Shown piece after piece: positions 1 through 10,012 of a stretch of 64,000 nt of DNA; positions within the stretch are counted from its first letter, which is position 1; every line of letters begins with the position of its first letter. This DNA is from Candidatus Latescibacterota bacterium. Its GTDB lineage: Bacteria; Latescibacterota; UBA2968; UBA8231. The notes under the pieces were generated by a model. It was not told the origin of the DNA, made no database searches, and was given only the letters and a program-made list of their open reading frames with translations. Made by a program: the position numbers and the translations under genes. Where the stretch lies: the NCBI GenBank assembly GCA_965203175.1, contig OZ241867.1:960001-1024000 (forward strand), in the 5' to 3' direction.

Positions 1-2952
1 TTCCTCGACGAAATCATGCCCGAAGCCTTCGCCATGGTCGTCGAGACTTGCCGCCGGCTCTTGGGCCGCACGTGGGAGCGCGCCGGCGAGTCCGTGGAGT
101 GGGACATGGTGCCCTACGACGTGCAGGTTTTCGGCGGTATATCGCTGCACCAAGGCAAGATCGCCGAAATGGCTACCGGCGAGGGCAAGACTCTAGTGGC
201 GACGATGCCCCTGTTCCTCAACGCCATACCCCAACGCGGGGTCCATCTCGTTACCCACAACGAATACCTCGCCCGGCGCGACGCCATGTGGATGGGGCCG
301 ATCTACAATTTCTTGGGGATGTCCGTGGGTATCATCCAAGACGTGTTTCAGACCGGTGCCGAAGCATATATACTCCAAGCGCCCGAGGGCGTGCCCGAGG
401 AATTCCCCTGGGAGCGCACCGACCACACAGCCGCGTACAAGGCCGATATTGTGTACGCTAATCACAGCCAAGTCGGCTTTGATTACCTCCGCGACAACAT
501 GGCCGTGCGGCTCGAAGACCTGATGCAGCGCGAATTCAACTATGCCATCGTCGACGAAGCCGACTCGATTCTCATCGACGAGGCGCGGACCCCGCTCATC
601 CTCTCTGGGACCGTTCCCGATTCCAAAAATCAATACAAAGAGATGCGTCCCCTCGTGGAGCGGCTGATGAGGGCCCAGACCAACTTGGTCAATAAGATCG
701 TCGCTGGAGCCGAGCAGGCGAGCAAGGAAACGGGCGAATACGACTACGACACTGGGATTGCCCTGCTCAAGGCCACCCGCGGCGCTCCCACCAATCGCCG
801 GTTGGCCAAAATTCTGCAAGAGGAAGGCGTCAAGCGACTAATCAACCGGATTGAGGCCGACTACATGCGCGACAAGCGCCTCAACGAGATTGACGAGGAT
901 CTCTACTTCGTCGTCGATGAGAAGGGCAACACCATCGACCTAACCGACAAGGGGCGCGACCTGCTCTCACCCAATGAGCAGGCCCTCTTCGTGCTGCCCG
1001 ACATCAGTATCGAGGTTGATGCGATCCGCAGAGACTCGGACCTGAGCGCCGAGGACAAGGCCCGCAAGGAGGAGGAGGCGCACCGTGCGTACGCCGAGAA
1101 AAGCCAAGCGGTACACAACATCAACCAACTGATGAAAGCTTATACCCTCTTCGAGAAGGATGTGCAGTACCTCGTCTCCGAAGACGGGCGGGTGGTCATC
1201 GTCGATGAAGCCACGGGCCGACCGCAGCCCGGCCGGCGCTTTGCCGACGGCTTACACCAAGCGCTAGAGGCCAAAGAGGGGGTGAAGCTACAGGAAGAAA
1301 CCCGCACCGTAGCCACCATCACGGTCCAGAACCTCTTCCGCATGTACCACAAGTTGGCCGGCATGACCGGCACGGCCGAGACCGAGGCCAGCGAACTGTG
1401 GGAGATCTACAAGCTCGACGTGGCCGTCATCCCCACCAACCGCCCGATTCGCCGCTTTGACCAAGAAGACCAGATATTTCGCACCAAGCGCGAGAAATAC
1501 AACGCGATCATAGAAGAAATCGACCGCCTACATCAGCTCGGCCTGCCAGTGCTAGTCGGCACGGTCTCGGTCGAGGTCTCCGAGTTGCTCAGCCGGATGC
1601 TCAGTCGGCGCGGCATCAAGCATCAGCTACTCAATGCCCGCCACCACGACAAAGAGGCCCAAATCGTCGCCGAAGCTGGCCAAGTTGGCACGGTTACGAT
1701 AGCCACCAATATGGCTGGGCGCGGTACGGATATTAAGCTGGCACCCAAGGTCGTCCACCTCGACCGCCAGACCGTCGAGTCCGACCTCACGCTCGACGAC
1801 AAGCTGCCTTCCGGCCAAGGCTTGCGCCAGCATCTGCAAGAAAACCCCGGTGGACTACAGGTCATCGGCACCGAGCGCCACGAAGCACGGCGCATCGATC
1901 GCCAGTTGCGCGGTCGCGCGGGACGCCAAGGCGACCCCGGTTCCTCGCGTTTCTATCTCTCTCTTGAAGACGACCTGATGCGGCTCTTCGGCTCGGAGCG
2001 CATCGCCTCCGTCATGGATAAGCTCGGGGCCGAAGAGGGCGAGGTCATCGAGGCTGGCATGGTCACGCGGTCGATCGAGCGGGCGCAAAAAAAGGTCGAG
2101 GCCCGCAACTTTGAGATGCGCAAACACGTGCTCGACTACGACGACGTCATGAACCAGCAGCGCCAAGTCATCTACAATCGCCGCCACGACCTGCTAGAGC
2201 AAGAAAGCGCACGCGAGCAAGTCGCGGAAATGATCGAAGAGAGCGTCGATGGCATCTTGGCCTCGTACGTCAATGCAGACGACCTAGCAAATGAGTGGGA
2301 TTGGGAGGGTCTGCAAACCGAGTTTGGCAGCACCTTCTTTTTGGCCTGTACCGTTCCCGAGGACGAGCGCGCCTACGCCAGCGTCGAGGGTCTGCGCGAG
2401 CAGCTACTCGCCACCGTTCGCGAAGCCTATCAGCGCCGCATCGACGCAGTCGGCGAAGAGGTCTTTCGCGAAGTCGAGAAGAGCATCGCCATGCACACCA
2501 TCGACACTTGCTGGCAGGAACACCTCCACGAAATCGACGAACTCAGGGACGGGATCGGCTTTGTCGGCGTCGGCGGGAAAAACCCCCTCATAGAATACAA
2601 GCGGGGGGCCTACGACATGTTTGAGAGCCTGATCGGTCGCATTGCCCAAGAGACGCTGCGCAATCTCTTCCAACTGCGCATCGACATCGGGACCGAGGCT
2701 TTGGGACCGGCGCGCCAGCCCGGGCGCATCAACGCGATTCACCAAGACGCCACCAATATGGGCTTTCGCGGCATCGAGCCAGTCCCGGCCGGCGTTCCTG
2801 GCCAGCCCACGCAACTGCGCGGCTCGGGTGGCGGCAGCAGCGAGGGCCAAGCCGTGCGTCAGCCGGTCGTCCGTGACCAGCCCAAGGTCGGGCGCAACGC
2901 CCCCTGCCCCTGCGGCAGTGGCAAGAAGTACAAGCGCTGCCACGGTGCCTGA
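1..2952 (+). CDS. secA: Preprotein translocase ATPase SecA (5' end outside window)
   Basis: MATGEGKT Walker [43 protein letters not shown]-terminal [22 protein letters not shown]; frame open from base 1. Confidence 0.99.
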   Translation, partial: FLDEIMPEAFAMVVETCRRLLGRTWERAGESVEWDMVPYDVQVFGGISLHQGKIAEMATGEGKTLVATMPLFLNAIPQRGVHLVTHNEYLARRDAMWMGPIYNFLGMSVGIIQDVFQTGAEAYILQAPEGVPEEFPWERTDHTAAYKADIVYANHSQVGFDYLRDNMAVRLEDLMQREFNYAIVDEADSILIDEARTPLILSGTVPDSKNQYKEMRPLVERLMRAQTNLVNKIVAGAEQASKETGEYDYDTGIALLKATRGAPTNRRLAKILQEEGVKRLINRIEADYMRDKRLNEIDEDLYFVVDEKGNTIDLTDKGRDLLSPNEQALFVLPDISIEVDAIRRDSDLSAEDKARKEEEAHRAYAEKSQAVHNINQLMKAYTLFEKDVQYLVSEDGRVVIVDEATGRPQPGRRFADGLHQALEAKEGVKLQEETRTVATITVQNLFRMYHKLAGMTGTAETEASELWEIYKLDVAVIPTNRPIRRFDQEDQIFRTKREKYNAIIEEIDRLHQLGLPVLVGTVSVEVSELLSRMLSRRGIKHQLLNARHHDKEAQIVAEAGQVGTVTIATNMAGRGTDIKLAPKVVHLDRQTVESDLTLDDKLPSGQGLRQHLQENPGGLQVIGTERHEARRIDRQLRGRAGRQGDPGSSRFYLSLEDDLMRLFGSERIASVMDKLGAEEGEVIEAGMVTRSIERAQKKVEARNFEMRKHVLDYDDVMNQQRQVIYNRRHDLLEQESAREQVAEMIEESVDGILASYVNADDLANEWDWEGLQTEFGSTFFLACTVPEDERAYASVEGLREQLLATVREAYQRRIDAVGEEVFREVEKSIAMHTIDTCWQEHLHEIDELRDGIGFVGVGGKNPLIEYKRGAYDMFESLIGRIAQETLRNLFQLRIDIGTEALGPARQPGRINAIHQDATNMGFRGIEPVPAGVPGQPTQLRGSGGGSSEGQAVRQPVVRDQPKVGRNAPCPCGSGKKYKRCHGA

Positions 2953-2966
2953 GCTTGGAAAGCACT

Positions 2967-4433
2967 ATGGCCTTCTGGGAAGTACTCTGTCTGGTGGTGT
3001 ACAGCATCATCATCGTCGTTCTCGGCGTTTACGGCTTCCACCGCTACCAGCTACTGCGTCTGTTTTATCGACATCACCCAACCCCGATTCCCCAGCCCAA
3101 CCGCTTTGCCGAACTGCCCTTCGTCACAGTCCAACTACCACTCTACAACGAATATCACGTAGTCGAGCGCCTGCTAGAGGCTGTGGGCCAGATCGACTAT
3201 CCCCGCGACCGTCTGCAAATCCAGATCCTCGACGACTCTCAGGACGAAACCCGCGACAAGGCGCGACAAGGGGCAGCGCGACTGTCAGCCCAAGAGCTAG
3301 ACATCGAGTACATAGGCCGAACCCAGCGCCACGGCTTTAAGGCCGGGGCGTTGGCCGCCGGGCTAGAGCGCGCCCAAGGCGAATTCGTGTTGGTCCTCGA
3401 CGCCGATTTCGTGCCCCCTCCCGACATTTTACAACGAGCTATTCACTACTTTACCGACGATTCCATCGGCATGGTGCAGATGCGTTGGGGGCATCTCAAC
3501 CGCTCCTACTCGCTCCTGACGCGCATCCAGTCGATCTTCCTCGACGGGCACTTCGTCGTCGAGCACACGGCCCGCAACCGCTCGGGCCGCTTCTTCAACT
3601 TCAACGGCACTGGGGGGATCTGGCGCAAAAAGGCCATTTACGACGCCGGCGGCTGGCAACACGACACGCTCACTGAAGACCTCGACTTGAGCTACCGCGC
3701 TCAGCTAGCGGGCTGGCAGTTTCTCTATCTGCCCGAAATTGAAGTGCCCGGCGAGATCCCCATCGAAATCAATGCCTTCAAGTCGCAGCAGCACCGCTGG
3801 ACCAAGGGAGCGGTACAAACAGCAAAAAAAGTGCTGCCGCGGATCTGGCGCTCTGCGCTGCCAGCCAAGGTCAAGGTCGAGGCCACTTTCCATCTAACGG
3901 CCAACCTCTGCTACATCATGATGTTCCTGATGGCCCTGTTGACCGTTCCGGTGCTCTCCATTCGCTCGCAACTCGGCTGGGAGCGGTTCTTTATCATCGA
4001 TCTGCCGCTGTTTTCTTTTGCTACCATGGCCATTTCCGGCTTCTACATTACCTCCCAGCGCGTGCTCTATCCGGATTGGCGGCGACAGATCAAGTATTTG
4101 CCCATGCTGATGGCCATTGGCATGAGTCTCTGCATCAACAACACCCGAGCGGTAATCGAGGGCCTCGTCGGGTACCAAACCGACTTCCACCGCACCCCTA
4201 AATACGGGCTTACCGGACGCCGCGACCAAGACCAGCGGCGCAAGTACCTAAGCCGCTGGCCTCTGCTGTCTTTGGGCGAACTGGGCATGGCGCTCTACTT
4301 CGTCGTCGCCCTCTATCACGCCTACGCGACCGGCCTCTACTTGGGGATGCCCTTCCTGCTGCTATTCCACGCCGGCTTTCTCTACACTGGTTTGCTCTCC
4401 AGCGGTCAGCGCTGGTTGCACCGGGCGTCCTAA
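2967..4433 (+). CDS. Membrane GT2 glycosyltransferase, cellulose-synthase-like
   Basis: D,D,D,QxxRW motifs (QILDDS, DADF, TEDLD, QQHRW); N- and C-terminal TM helices; ATG at 2967 (ORF track TTG 2955). Confidence 0.93.
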   Translation: MAFWEVLCLVVYSIIIVVLGVYGFHRYQLLRLFYRHHPTPIPQPNRFAELPFVTVQLPLYNEYHVVERLLEAVGQIDYPRDRLQIQILDDSQDETRDKARQGAARLSAQELDIEYIGRTQRHGFKAGALAAGLERAQGEFVLVLDADFVPPPDILQRAIHYFTDDSIGMVQMRWGHLNRSYSLLTRIQSIFLDGHFVVEHTARNRSGRFFNFNGTGGIWRKKAIYDAGGWQHDTLTEDLDLSYRAQLAGWQFLYLPEIEVPGEIPIEINAFKSQQHRWTKGAVQTAKKVLPRIWRSALPAKVKVEATFHLTANLCYIMMFLMALLTVPVLSIRSQLGWERFFIIDLPLFSFATMAISGFYITSQRVLYPDWRRQIKYLPMLMAIGMSLCINNTRAVIEGLVGYQTDFHRTPKYGLTGRRDQDQRRKYLSRWPLLSLGELGMALYFVVALYHAYATGLYLGMPFLLLFHAGFLYTGLLSSGQRWLHRAS

Positions 4434-4437
4434 AACG

Positions 4438-4472
4438 AAAAAGCCCCCGGCCACAGGAGGCTGGGGGCTTTT
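4438..4472. terminator. Bidirectional intrinsic terminator
   Basis: AAAAGCCCCCGGCC-acagga-GGCTGGGGGCTTTT between convergent genes. Confidence 0.85.
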
Positions 4473-4494
4473 GCTCGCTTGAATACCGTCTGGA

Positions 4495-4968
4495 TTACTG
4501 AGGCCACTCCAGCGGAAAATCCGGCAATTTGTGGCGATCCCACAAGACGTTCATGCCGTTGTGGTGCCGCTTGGTGAATTTCTCGATGTGACGCACGCCG
4601 ATATCGACGTTGCTCTTCTCGCGCCGCATTTCGCGCCCCTTGTCTCCGGACAACTCAATGGCCTGCGAAGCCTTGTCGACATAGAGGTTGTGGGTCACGC
4701 GCAGTTCGCGGTATGTGAGATCTCGGGGAAAGGTCTGCAGTTCCGCCACGTAGTCGTTGATGAGCTGACGCGCCTTGGCTAGATCCTCTTCGGAGATCTC
4801 GCTGATCGGCTTTCTCAGATGCTCAATCGTATCGACAATCTGTCGGTTTTTGTCGTCCAGCGTCTTCAACTTCGTCACATACTCGATGAGCATTTGCTTG
4901 TCTTCCTCTTCGGTCCCACACCCGACCAAGACAAGCGCCAGTGCCAACACAGCCAGTTTCCTCGACAT
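4495..4968 (-). CDS. Hypothetical helical lipoprotein
   Basis: Signal peptide with lipobox LVGC; GGAGG upstream. Confidence 0.8.
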   Translation of the reverse strand: MSRKLAVLALALVLVGCGTEEEDKQMLIEYVTKLKTLDDKNRQIVDTIEHLRKPISEISEEDLAKARQLINDYVAELQTFPRDLTYRELRVTHNLYVDKASQAIELSGDKGREMRREKSNVDIGVRHIEKFTKRHHNGMNVLWDRHKLPDFPLEWPQ

Positions 4969-5063
4969 ATAGACCTCCCTGTAGGGGTGAGATTGTCTGT
5001 TCAGTCGGCCTCAAAATACACCTTAGAAGGGGGAAAATCAAGCATTCTCTCCGCTGAACCCTA

Positions 5064-5110
5064 TTGACGCGGCTTATGCGCGCTCATAATATCAACTTTA
5101 TATCAACTTT
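5064..5110 (+). promoter_or_regulatory. Sigma70-type promoter of purC with overlapping tandem 11-bp repeat
   Basis: TTGACG (5064)-N17-TAATAT (5087); ATATCAACTTT twice at 5089-5110. Confidence 0.55.
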
Positions 5111-5146
5111 TCGCATCCCCCGCTCTTACTTGAGGACGTCTATTCC

Positions 5147-6115
5147 ATGGTAACTCGCGAACAGATCCAATCCCAGCTCGACAACTGCCTGTTGGAGGCC
5201 AAATTCCCCCAGTGGGAGTCGCGCTATAAGCGCGGCAAGGTGCGCGATATGTACTTGCTCGAAAACCATCGCGTGCTGATCACTACGGATCGCCAGAGCG
5301 CGTTCGACCACGTGCTCGGCACCATTCCTCTCAAGGGCCAAGTGCTCAACCGCATCGCCCAGTACTGGTTTGAGCAGACCCAAGACATCGCCCCCAATCA
5401 AATCATTTCGGTACCCGACGCCAACGTCACCATCGCCCGCGAGCTGGACATCCTGCCCGTCGAGGTGGTGGTGCGCAAGTATCTGACGGGCAGTTCGGAC
5501 ACTGCTATCTGGACCCATTACAACAGCGGCGTGCGCCACTATTGCGGCCACATGTTGCCCGACGGCATGGTCAAAAACCAGCCTTTCGACGAAGCCATTA
5601 TCACGCCAACGACCAAGGACGAAGTCCACGACGAGCTGATTTCGCGCGACGAGATCATAGTCCAAGGCCTAGTGCCAGAAGATACTTGGAACCAAGTCGA
5701 AGAGATCGCCTTCGCGCTCTTTGCTCGCGGCGAGGAGCTGGCGGCCGAGCAAGGATTAATCCTCGTCGATACCAAGTACGAAATGGGGCTAGACGCAGAC
5801 GGCCGCATCACGCTCGCCGACGAGATCCACACGCCCGATTCATCGCGCTTCTGGATCAGAGACACCTACGCGGAGCGCCACGCCCGCGGCGAGGAGCCCG
5901 AAAGCCTCGACAAGGAATTTTTGCGCCTCTGGCTCCGCGACAAGGGCATTTCCGACGACAATATCCCCGAACTCGACGACGAGATCCGCGTCCAAGTTGC
6001 CGAGCGCTATATCGACCTTTTCCAACGGGTTACAGGCACAGACTTCGACGCCGAACTCGGCGCAACACCCGTCTTGCAGCGCATTGAGGAGCGGATTGCG
6101 GAATACCTCAACTAA
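5147..6115 (+). CDS. purC: SAICAR synthetase
   Basis: GKVRDMY, TDRQSAFD, PVEVVVRKYLTGS, LVDTKYEMG, DEIHTPDSSRFW, LDKEFLR. Confidence 0.97.
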   Translation: MVTREQIQSQLDNCLLEAKFPQWESRYKRGKVRDMYLLENHRVLITTDRQSAFDHVLGTIPLKGQVLNRIAQYWFEQTQDIAPNQIISVPDANVTIARELDILPVEVVVRKYLTGSSDTAIWTHYNSGVRHYCGHMLPDGMVKNQPFDEAIITPTTKDEVHDELISRDEIIVQGLVPEDTWNQVEEIAFALFARGEELAAEQGLILVDTKYEMGLDADGRITLADEIHTPDSSRFWIRDTYAERHARGEEPESLDKEFLRLWLRDKGISDDNIPELDDEIRVQVAERYIDLFQRVTGTDFDAELGATPVLQRIEERIAEYLN

Positions 6116-6211
6116 TTAGGAATTGCGAATTACGCCTCCACCGCGCCTTATGGAGAGGAAGTTCGCCATTTCTAATTCCTACCTAATTCCTAATTCCCAA
6201 TTCCTAATTAG
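6112..6211. repeat. 100-bp element bounded by inverted repeats built from heptamers (TAATTCC-type)
   Basis: CTAATTAGGAATTGCGAATTA (6112-6132) versus TAATTCCCAATTCCTAATTAG (6191-6211): 20/21 complementary; further CTAATTC units at 6172-6190. Confidence 0.8.
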
Positions 6212-6217
6212 AGAGCT

Positions 6218-6403
6218 ATGGTCAAAAACTTGCTCCGCGCCTTTTTGGTCTTCCGCTTGGAGTTTCATCAGCCCACCCTCAATTTTGAGACCATGTTGAG
6301 CTATTGGCGGCGTGCACCCATCGTCCAGTACGTGGTTGAAGACGACGGCGAACAGCGCAGCAGTGCGCTCAAGCGCCGGCTCGACGAGGTCTATCCCTTC
6401 TAA
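6218..6403 (+). CDS. Small hypothetical protein (61 aa)
   Basis: AGAGAG upstream; stop overlaps next start (TAATG). Confidence 0.45.
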   Translation: MVKNLLRAFLVFRLEFHQPTLNFETMLSYWRRAPIVQYVVEDDGEQRSSALKRRLDEVYPF

Positions 6404-6681
6404 TGCTGCATCGCCAGCTCAGAAACGCCTTGGAGGAAATTTTCGGCGTATCGTTTGTCGCCGAGGCACTCGCCAACGCGCCCATCGCCCAAGTTGTCCT
6501 CTACGAGCGGCGCGAGGAGTTCAAAAAGGCCGTCCTCGGCTTCCAGCGAATCAACTTTCGCGACGAACACACCGCGTATGCCGCGGGCATGGAGCGCGAG
6601 TTGGGCATCGCCCTGATCTGCGCCCTCCTCGACAACGACACGCGCGAGCTGGTTTCCGAACTCGGTCTCAATTACCTATGA
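6403..6681 (+). CDS. Hypothetical protein (92 aa)
   Basis: Host-like codon usage; TAATG overlap upstream and ATGA overlap with rhaB. Confidence 0.75.
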   Translation: MLHRQLRNALEEIFGVSFVAEALANAPIAQVVLYERREEFKKAVLGFQRINFRDEHTAYAAGMERELGIALICALLDNDTRELVSELGLNYL

Positions 6682-8147
6682 GCAAGCTGCTCGCCTTCGA
6701 TCTAGGGGCCGAGAGCGGCCGCGCCATCGTCGGGCATTTCGACGGCGAGCGCCTAGCGCTAGAAGAACTGCACCGCTTTGCAAATGGCCCGGTGCAAGTC
6801 TTCGACCGTCTCTACTGGGACCCTTTGCGCCTTTTCGCCGAGATGAAACAGGCCCTCGGCCTCTTTGCCAGTACACACGGCAAGGCCCTCGATGCCATTG
6901 GCGTCGATACCTGGGGAGTCGATTTCGCCCTCCTCGGGCCTGGGGACGTACTCTTGGACAATCCGCGCAACTACCGCGACCCGCGCACCGACGGCATGTT
7001 AGAGGAAGCCTTTGCACGAGTGCCGCGCGAGGAAATTTTTGCGCGCACCGGCGTGCAGTTTTTGAAGCTCAACACCTTGTATCAACTGCTTTCGCTGCGC
7101 GACTCGTCTTTGCTGGAATGGGCGCAGACCTTCTTGATGATGGCCGACCTGTTCAATTTTTATTTTACCGGCACCAAGACCTGCGAATTTTCCAACGCCA
7201 CTACCACCCAATTTTACGATCCGCGCCAAGGCACTTGGTCGGTCGAGCTCCTAGAAGGATTGGGGCTGCCGACCCATTTTCTTCCCCCGATTGTCCAGCC
7301 CGGAACCCGCCTAGGCTCGCTCCTGCCCTCTATTGCTGCTGAAACAGGGCTCAATGCGGTTCCGGTCATCGCTCCAGCTACCCACGATACGGGCGCGGCC
7401 GTGGCCGCGGTACCCGCTGAAGTACGCGACTACGCCTATATCAGCTCGGGAACTTGGTCGTTGATGGGCGTCGAGCTCGACCAACCGCTCATCAACAATC
7501 AGGCATTCCAGTACAATTTCACCAACGAAGGGGGCGTCGGGCCGACCTACCGCTTCCTCAAAAACATCATGGGACTGTGGCTAATACAGGAATGCCGGCG
7601 CGCGTGGCAGCGCGAGGGACGCGCCTTTTCCTACGACGAACTGACGGCCATGGCCCAAAGTGCAGCTCCCTTTACCGCTTTTGTCGATCCGGACGCCGAG
7701 TGCTTTCTCGCACTGGGCGACATGCCCGCCAGAATCCGCGCCTATTGCCAAGAAACAGGCCAAATCATTCCCTTCGACGAGGGACAAGTCGCGCGCGTGG
7801 CCCTCGAAAGCCTAGCGTTTAAGTACCGCTACGTACTCGACGCGCTAGAGACCATTCTCGGCCGCCGCCTCGAGTGCATCCACATCGTCGGCGGTGGGAT
7901 CCAAAACCGCCTGCTCTGCCAGTTTACCGCCTCAGCTACTGGTCGCCCGGTAGTCGCTGGACCGCTCGAAGCCACGGCTATCGGCAATTTAATGCTCCAG
8001 CTCATCGGCCTAGGCCAGATGAACTCGCTGGCCGAAATCCGCCAAGTCGTGCGCCACTCCTTTGCGCCCGTTGTGTACGAGCCGGAACAAGCCGCTGCTT
8101 GGGATGCGGCCTACGACCGCTTTCGCCCGCTGCTCTCCCCGGCCTGA
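6678..8147 (+). CDS. rhaB: Rhamnulokinase-family (FGGY) sugar kinase
   Basis: LAFDLGAESGR, GVDTWGVDF, YRDPRT, ATHDTGAAV, SSGTWSLMG, FTNEGG, KNIMGLWL; start ATG 6678, not 6312. Confidence 0.92.
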   Translation: MSKLLAFDLGAESGRAIVGHFDGERLALEELHRFANGPVQVFDRLYWDPLRLFAEMKQALGLFASTHGKALDAIGVDTWGVDFALLGPGDVLLDNPRNYRDPRTDGMLEEAFARVPREEIFARTGVQFLKLNTLYQLLSLRDSSLLEWAQTFLMMADLFNFYFTGTKTCEFSNATTTQFYDPRQGTWSVELLEGLGLPTHFLPPIVQPGTRLGSLLPSIAAETGLNAVPVIAPATHDTGAAVAAVPAEVRDYAYISSGTWSLMGVELDQPLINNQAFQYNFTNEGGVGPTYRFLKNIMGLWLIQECRRAWQREGRAFSYDELTAMAQSAAPFTAFVDPDAECFLALGDMPARIRAYCQETGQIIPFDEGQVARVALESLAFKYRYVLDALETILGRRLECIHIVGGGIQNRLLCQFTASATGRPVVAGPLEATAIGNLMLQLIGLGQMNSLAEIRQVVRHSFAPVVYEPEQAAAWDAAYDRFRPLLSPA

Positions 8148-8226
8148 TCCCGATCTGGAACCGCGTTCTTTCCCAGTCGTCTTACCTAAGAACCGTCATT
8201 TTCTCTTTTCGTCATTTGGGCTTCTT

Positions 8227-9075
8227 ATGGGAAAAAGCAGCCTCGATTCGCTAGATCTATCTGAGTCCTACTGGCGCGACATTCAGCACTTTCAGCCGCT
8301 GAGCCGCCAACGAGAGATCGAGCTGGTACACAGAGCGCGCGCTGGTGATGAGCGCGCCATGCACCAGATGGTCGAAGCCAACTTGCGCTTTGTCGTCCGC
8401 ATCGCCAGGGGATACCACGGGCGCGGGCTTTCCTTTATGGAGCTTATTTCCGAGGGCAACCTCGGGCTGATGGAAGCCGTCCAACGCTTCGACGAAACTC
8501 GTGGCTTTAAGTTCATCACCTATGCGGTGTGGTGGATTCGCCAAGCCATTCTTCGAGCCTTAGCCGAACACGGCAAAATTGCTCGCCCACCGCTGAGCCG
8601 GGTCAATGATCTGCAAAAGGTCGAGCGATGGACGAGTATCCTAGCCCAAAAACTGGGACGCGATCCCACTCCGGAGGAAATCGCCAACAGTGCCAAATTA
8701 TCGCTGGAGCGGACGCACAATGCCCTTTACATGGCCCAACCCGATATCTCTATGGACGTGCCAACCCTGCCCGATGAACGGGAGCCACTAATGGCCACTT
8801 TCGCGGCTCGCACCCCCGATCCGGCCGATTGCTATGAGCGCGCCGCGCTTGCTCATACCTTGCATGCGTGCCTCGACGTACTCGACCGACGCGAGCGCCT
8901 AGTCGTCCGCGCCTATTTCGGCCTCGACGACCAAGATCCCCAGACTCTGGAGCAAATCGGCATGCAATTGGGCCTCACGCGCGAGCGAGTGCGCCAACTC
9001 AGGGACCAAGCTCTCGATAAAATGCGAATTCACGCTGGCGAGCTACTACTCGAGCTTTCCAACAGTCCCGTGTAG
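8227..9075 (+). CDS. RpoD/SigA-family sigma-70 factor lacking region 1.1
   Basis: ANLRFVVRIA, ELISEGNLGLMEAVQRFDETRGFKFITYAVWWIRQAI, TLEQIG..LGLTRERVRQL; probable ATG 8227. Confidence 0.93.
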   Translation: MGKSSLDSLDLSESYWRDIQHFQPLSRQREIELVHRARAGDERAMHQMVEANLRFVVRIARGYHGRGLSFMELISEGNLGLMEAVQRFDETRGFKFITYAVWWIRQAILRALAEHGKIARPPLSRVNDLQKVERWTSILAQKLGRDPTPEEIANSAKLSLERTHNALYMAQPDISMDVPTLPDEREPLMATFAARTPDPADCYERAALAHTLHACLDVLDRRERLVVRAYFGLDDQDPQTLEQIGMQLGLTRERVRQLRDQALDKMRIHAGELLLELSNSPV

Positions 9076-9184
9076 CAAGACGCGCGCGGTGCGAGGCGGA
9101 GGCATAGGGCTTGATTGAGCACAGCAAAAGGCTTTCTTTTTTATCTATACTTTGAATAGTATTCTCACAGGATAGAAATACCTT

Positions 9185-10012
9185 ATGTCTTACAATTTAG
9201 CCGATCTTCACACCCATTCTCTGTGCTCCGACGGATTGCGGACGCCGACTGAAGCGGTCGAAGAGGCCTGCGAAGCGGGCTTGCAAGCGATGAGTTTGAC
9301 CGATCACGATACGGTCCAAGGCGTCCCCGAGGCCACGGCAGCCGGCGAGCGTATGCACATGGAAGTAGTACCCGGCACCGAACTGAGCGCCCACATCCGG
9401 GACCGCGAAGTACACATTCTCGCCTACTGCATCGACTACCAAGACGATCAGCTCGGTACGACCCTCGCCAAGTCTCTTCAAGCCCGCCACCAGCGGGGGA
9501 TCGCGATCGTCAAAGCGCTCAACAGCATGGGGCTGACCGTCAGCCTCGACGACGTGCTCTCCCAAGCCAACGGCAGCCCCCTCGGGCGGCCGCACATCGC
9601 CGCGGTCATGGTGAAAAATGGCCTAGTGGCCGACAGGGACGAAGCTTTCAGCCGCTACATCGGCGACCATGGCCCGGCCTTTAGGCCCAAACCCTACGCC
9701 GCAGCCAAAGACCTCATCGCCCTCATTCATCGCACGGGCGGCGTGGCCGTACTCGCCCACCCCAGCATCAGTCTCCCCGAGTCTATCATCGAGCAGCTAG
9801 TCACCTACGGGCTCGACGGCATTGAGGTCTTCCACCCGTCCCACCAGCCAGCGCAAATGGAATACTACGACCAGCTCGCCGACCGCTACGGCCTAATCAA
9901 GTCTGGAGGGTCCGATAGCCACGGCGACAGCGAAGGCACCCGCATCGGCGACTACGGAGTCGGCTACGAAGTAATCGAGGCCATGCGCGAGCGGGCCGCT
10001 ACCTATGCTTGA
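9185..10012 (+). CDS. PHP-domain phosphoesterase (TrpH/YciV-like)
   Basis: DLHTHSLCSDG, LTDHDT, GTELS, HILAY, GRPHIA, LAHP, GGSDSHG. Confidence 0.93.
   Translation: MSYNLADLHTHSLCSDGLRTPTEAVEEACEAGLQAMSLTDHDTVQGVPEATAAGERMHMEVVPGTELSAHIRDREVHILAYCIDYQDDQLGTTLAKSLQARHQRGIAIVKALNSMGLTVSLDDVLSQANGSPLGRPHIAAVMVKNGLVADRDEAFSRYIGDHGPAFRPKPYAAAKDLIALIHRTGGVAVLAHPSISLPESIIEQLVTYGLDGIEVFHPSHQPAQMEYYDQLADRYGLIKSGGSDSHGDSEGTRIGDYGVGYEVIEAMRERAATYA

Noticed and set aside
6312-6677. N-terminal extension of rhaB in the ORF track; similar over-long starts at 8062, 13878, 27731, 40319, 53301, 59588, 60972
   Set aside because: Extensions overlap neighbouring genes or promoters; family homology and RBS evidence start at downstream codons.
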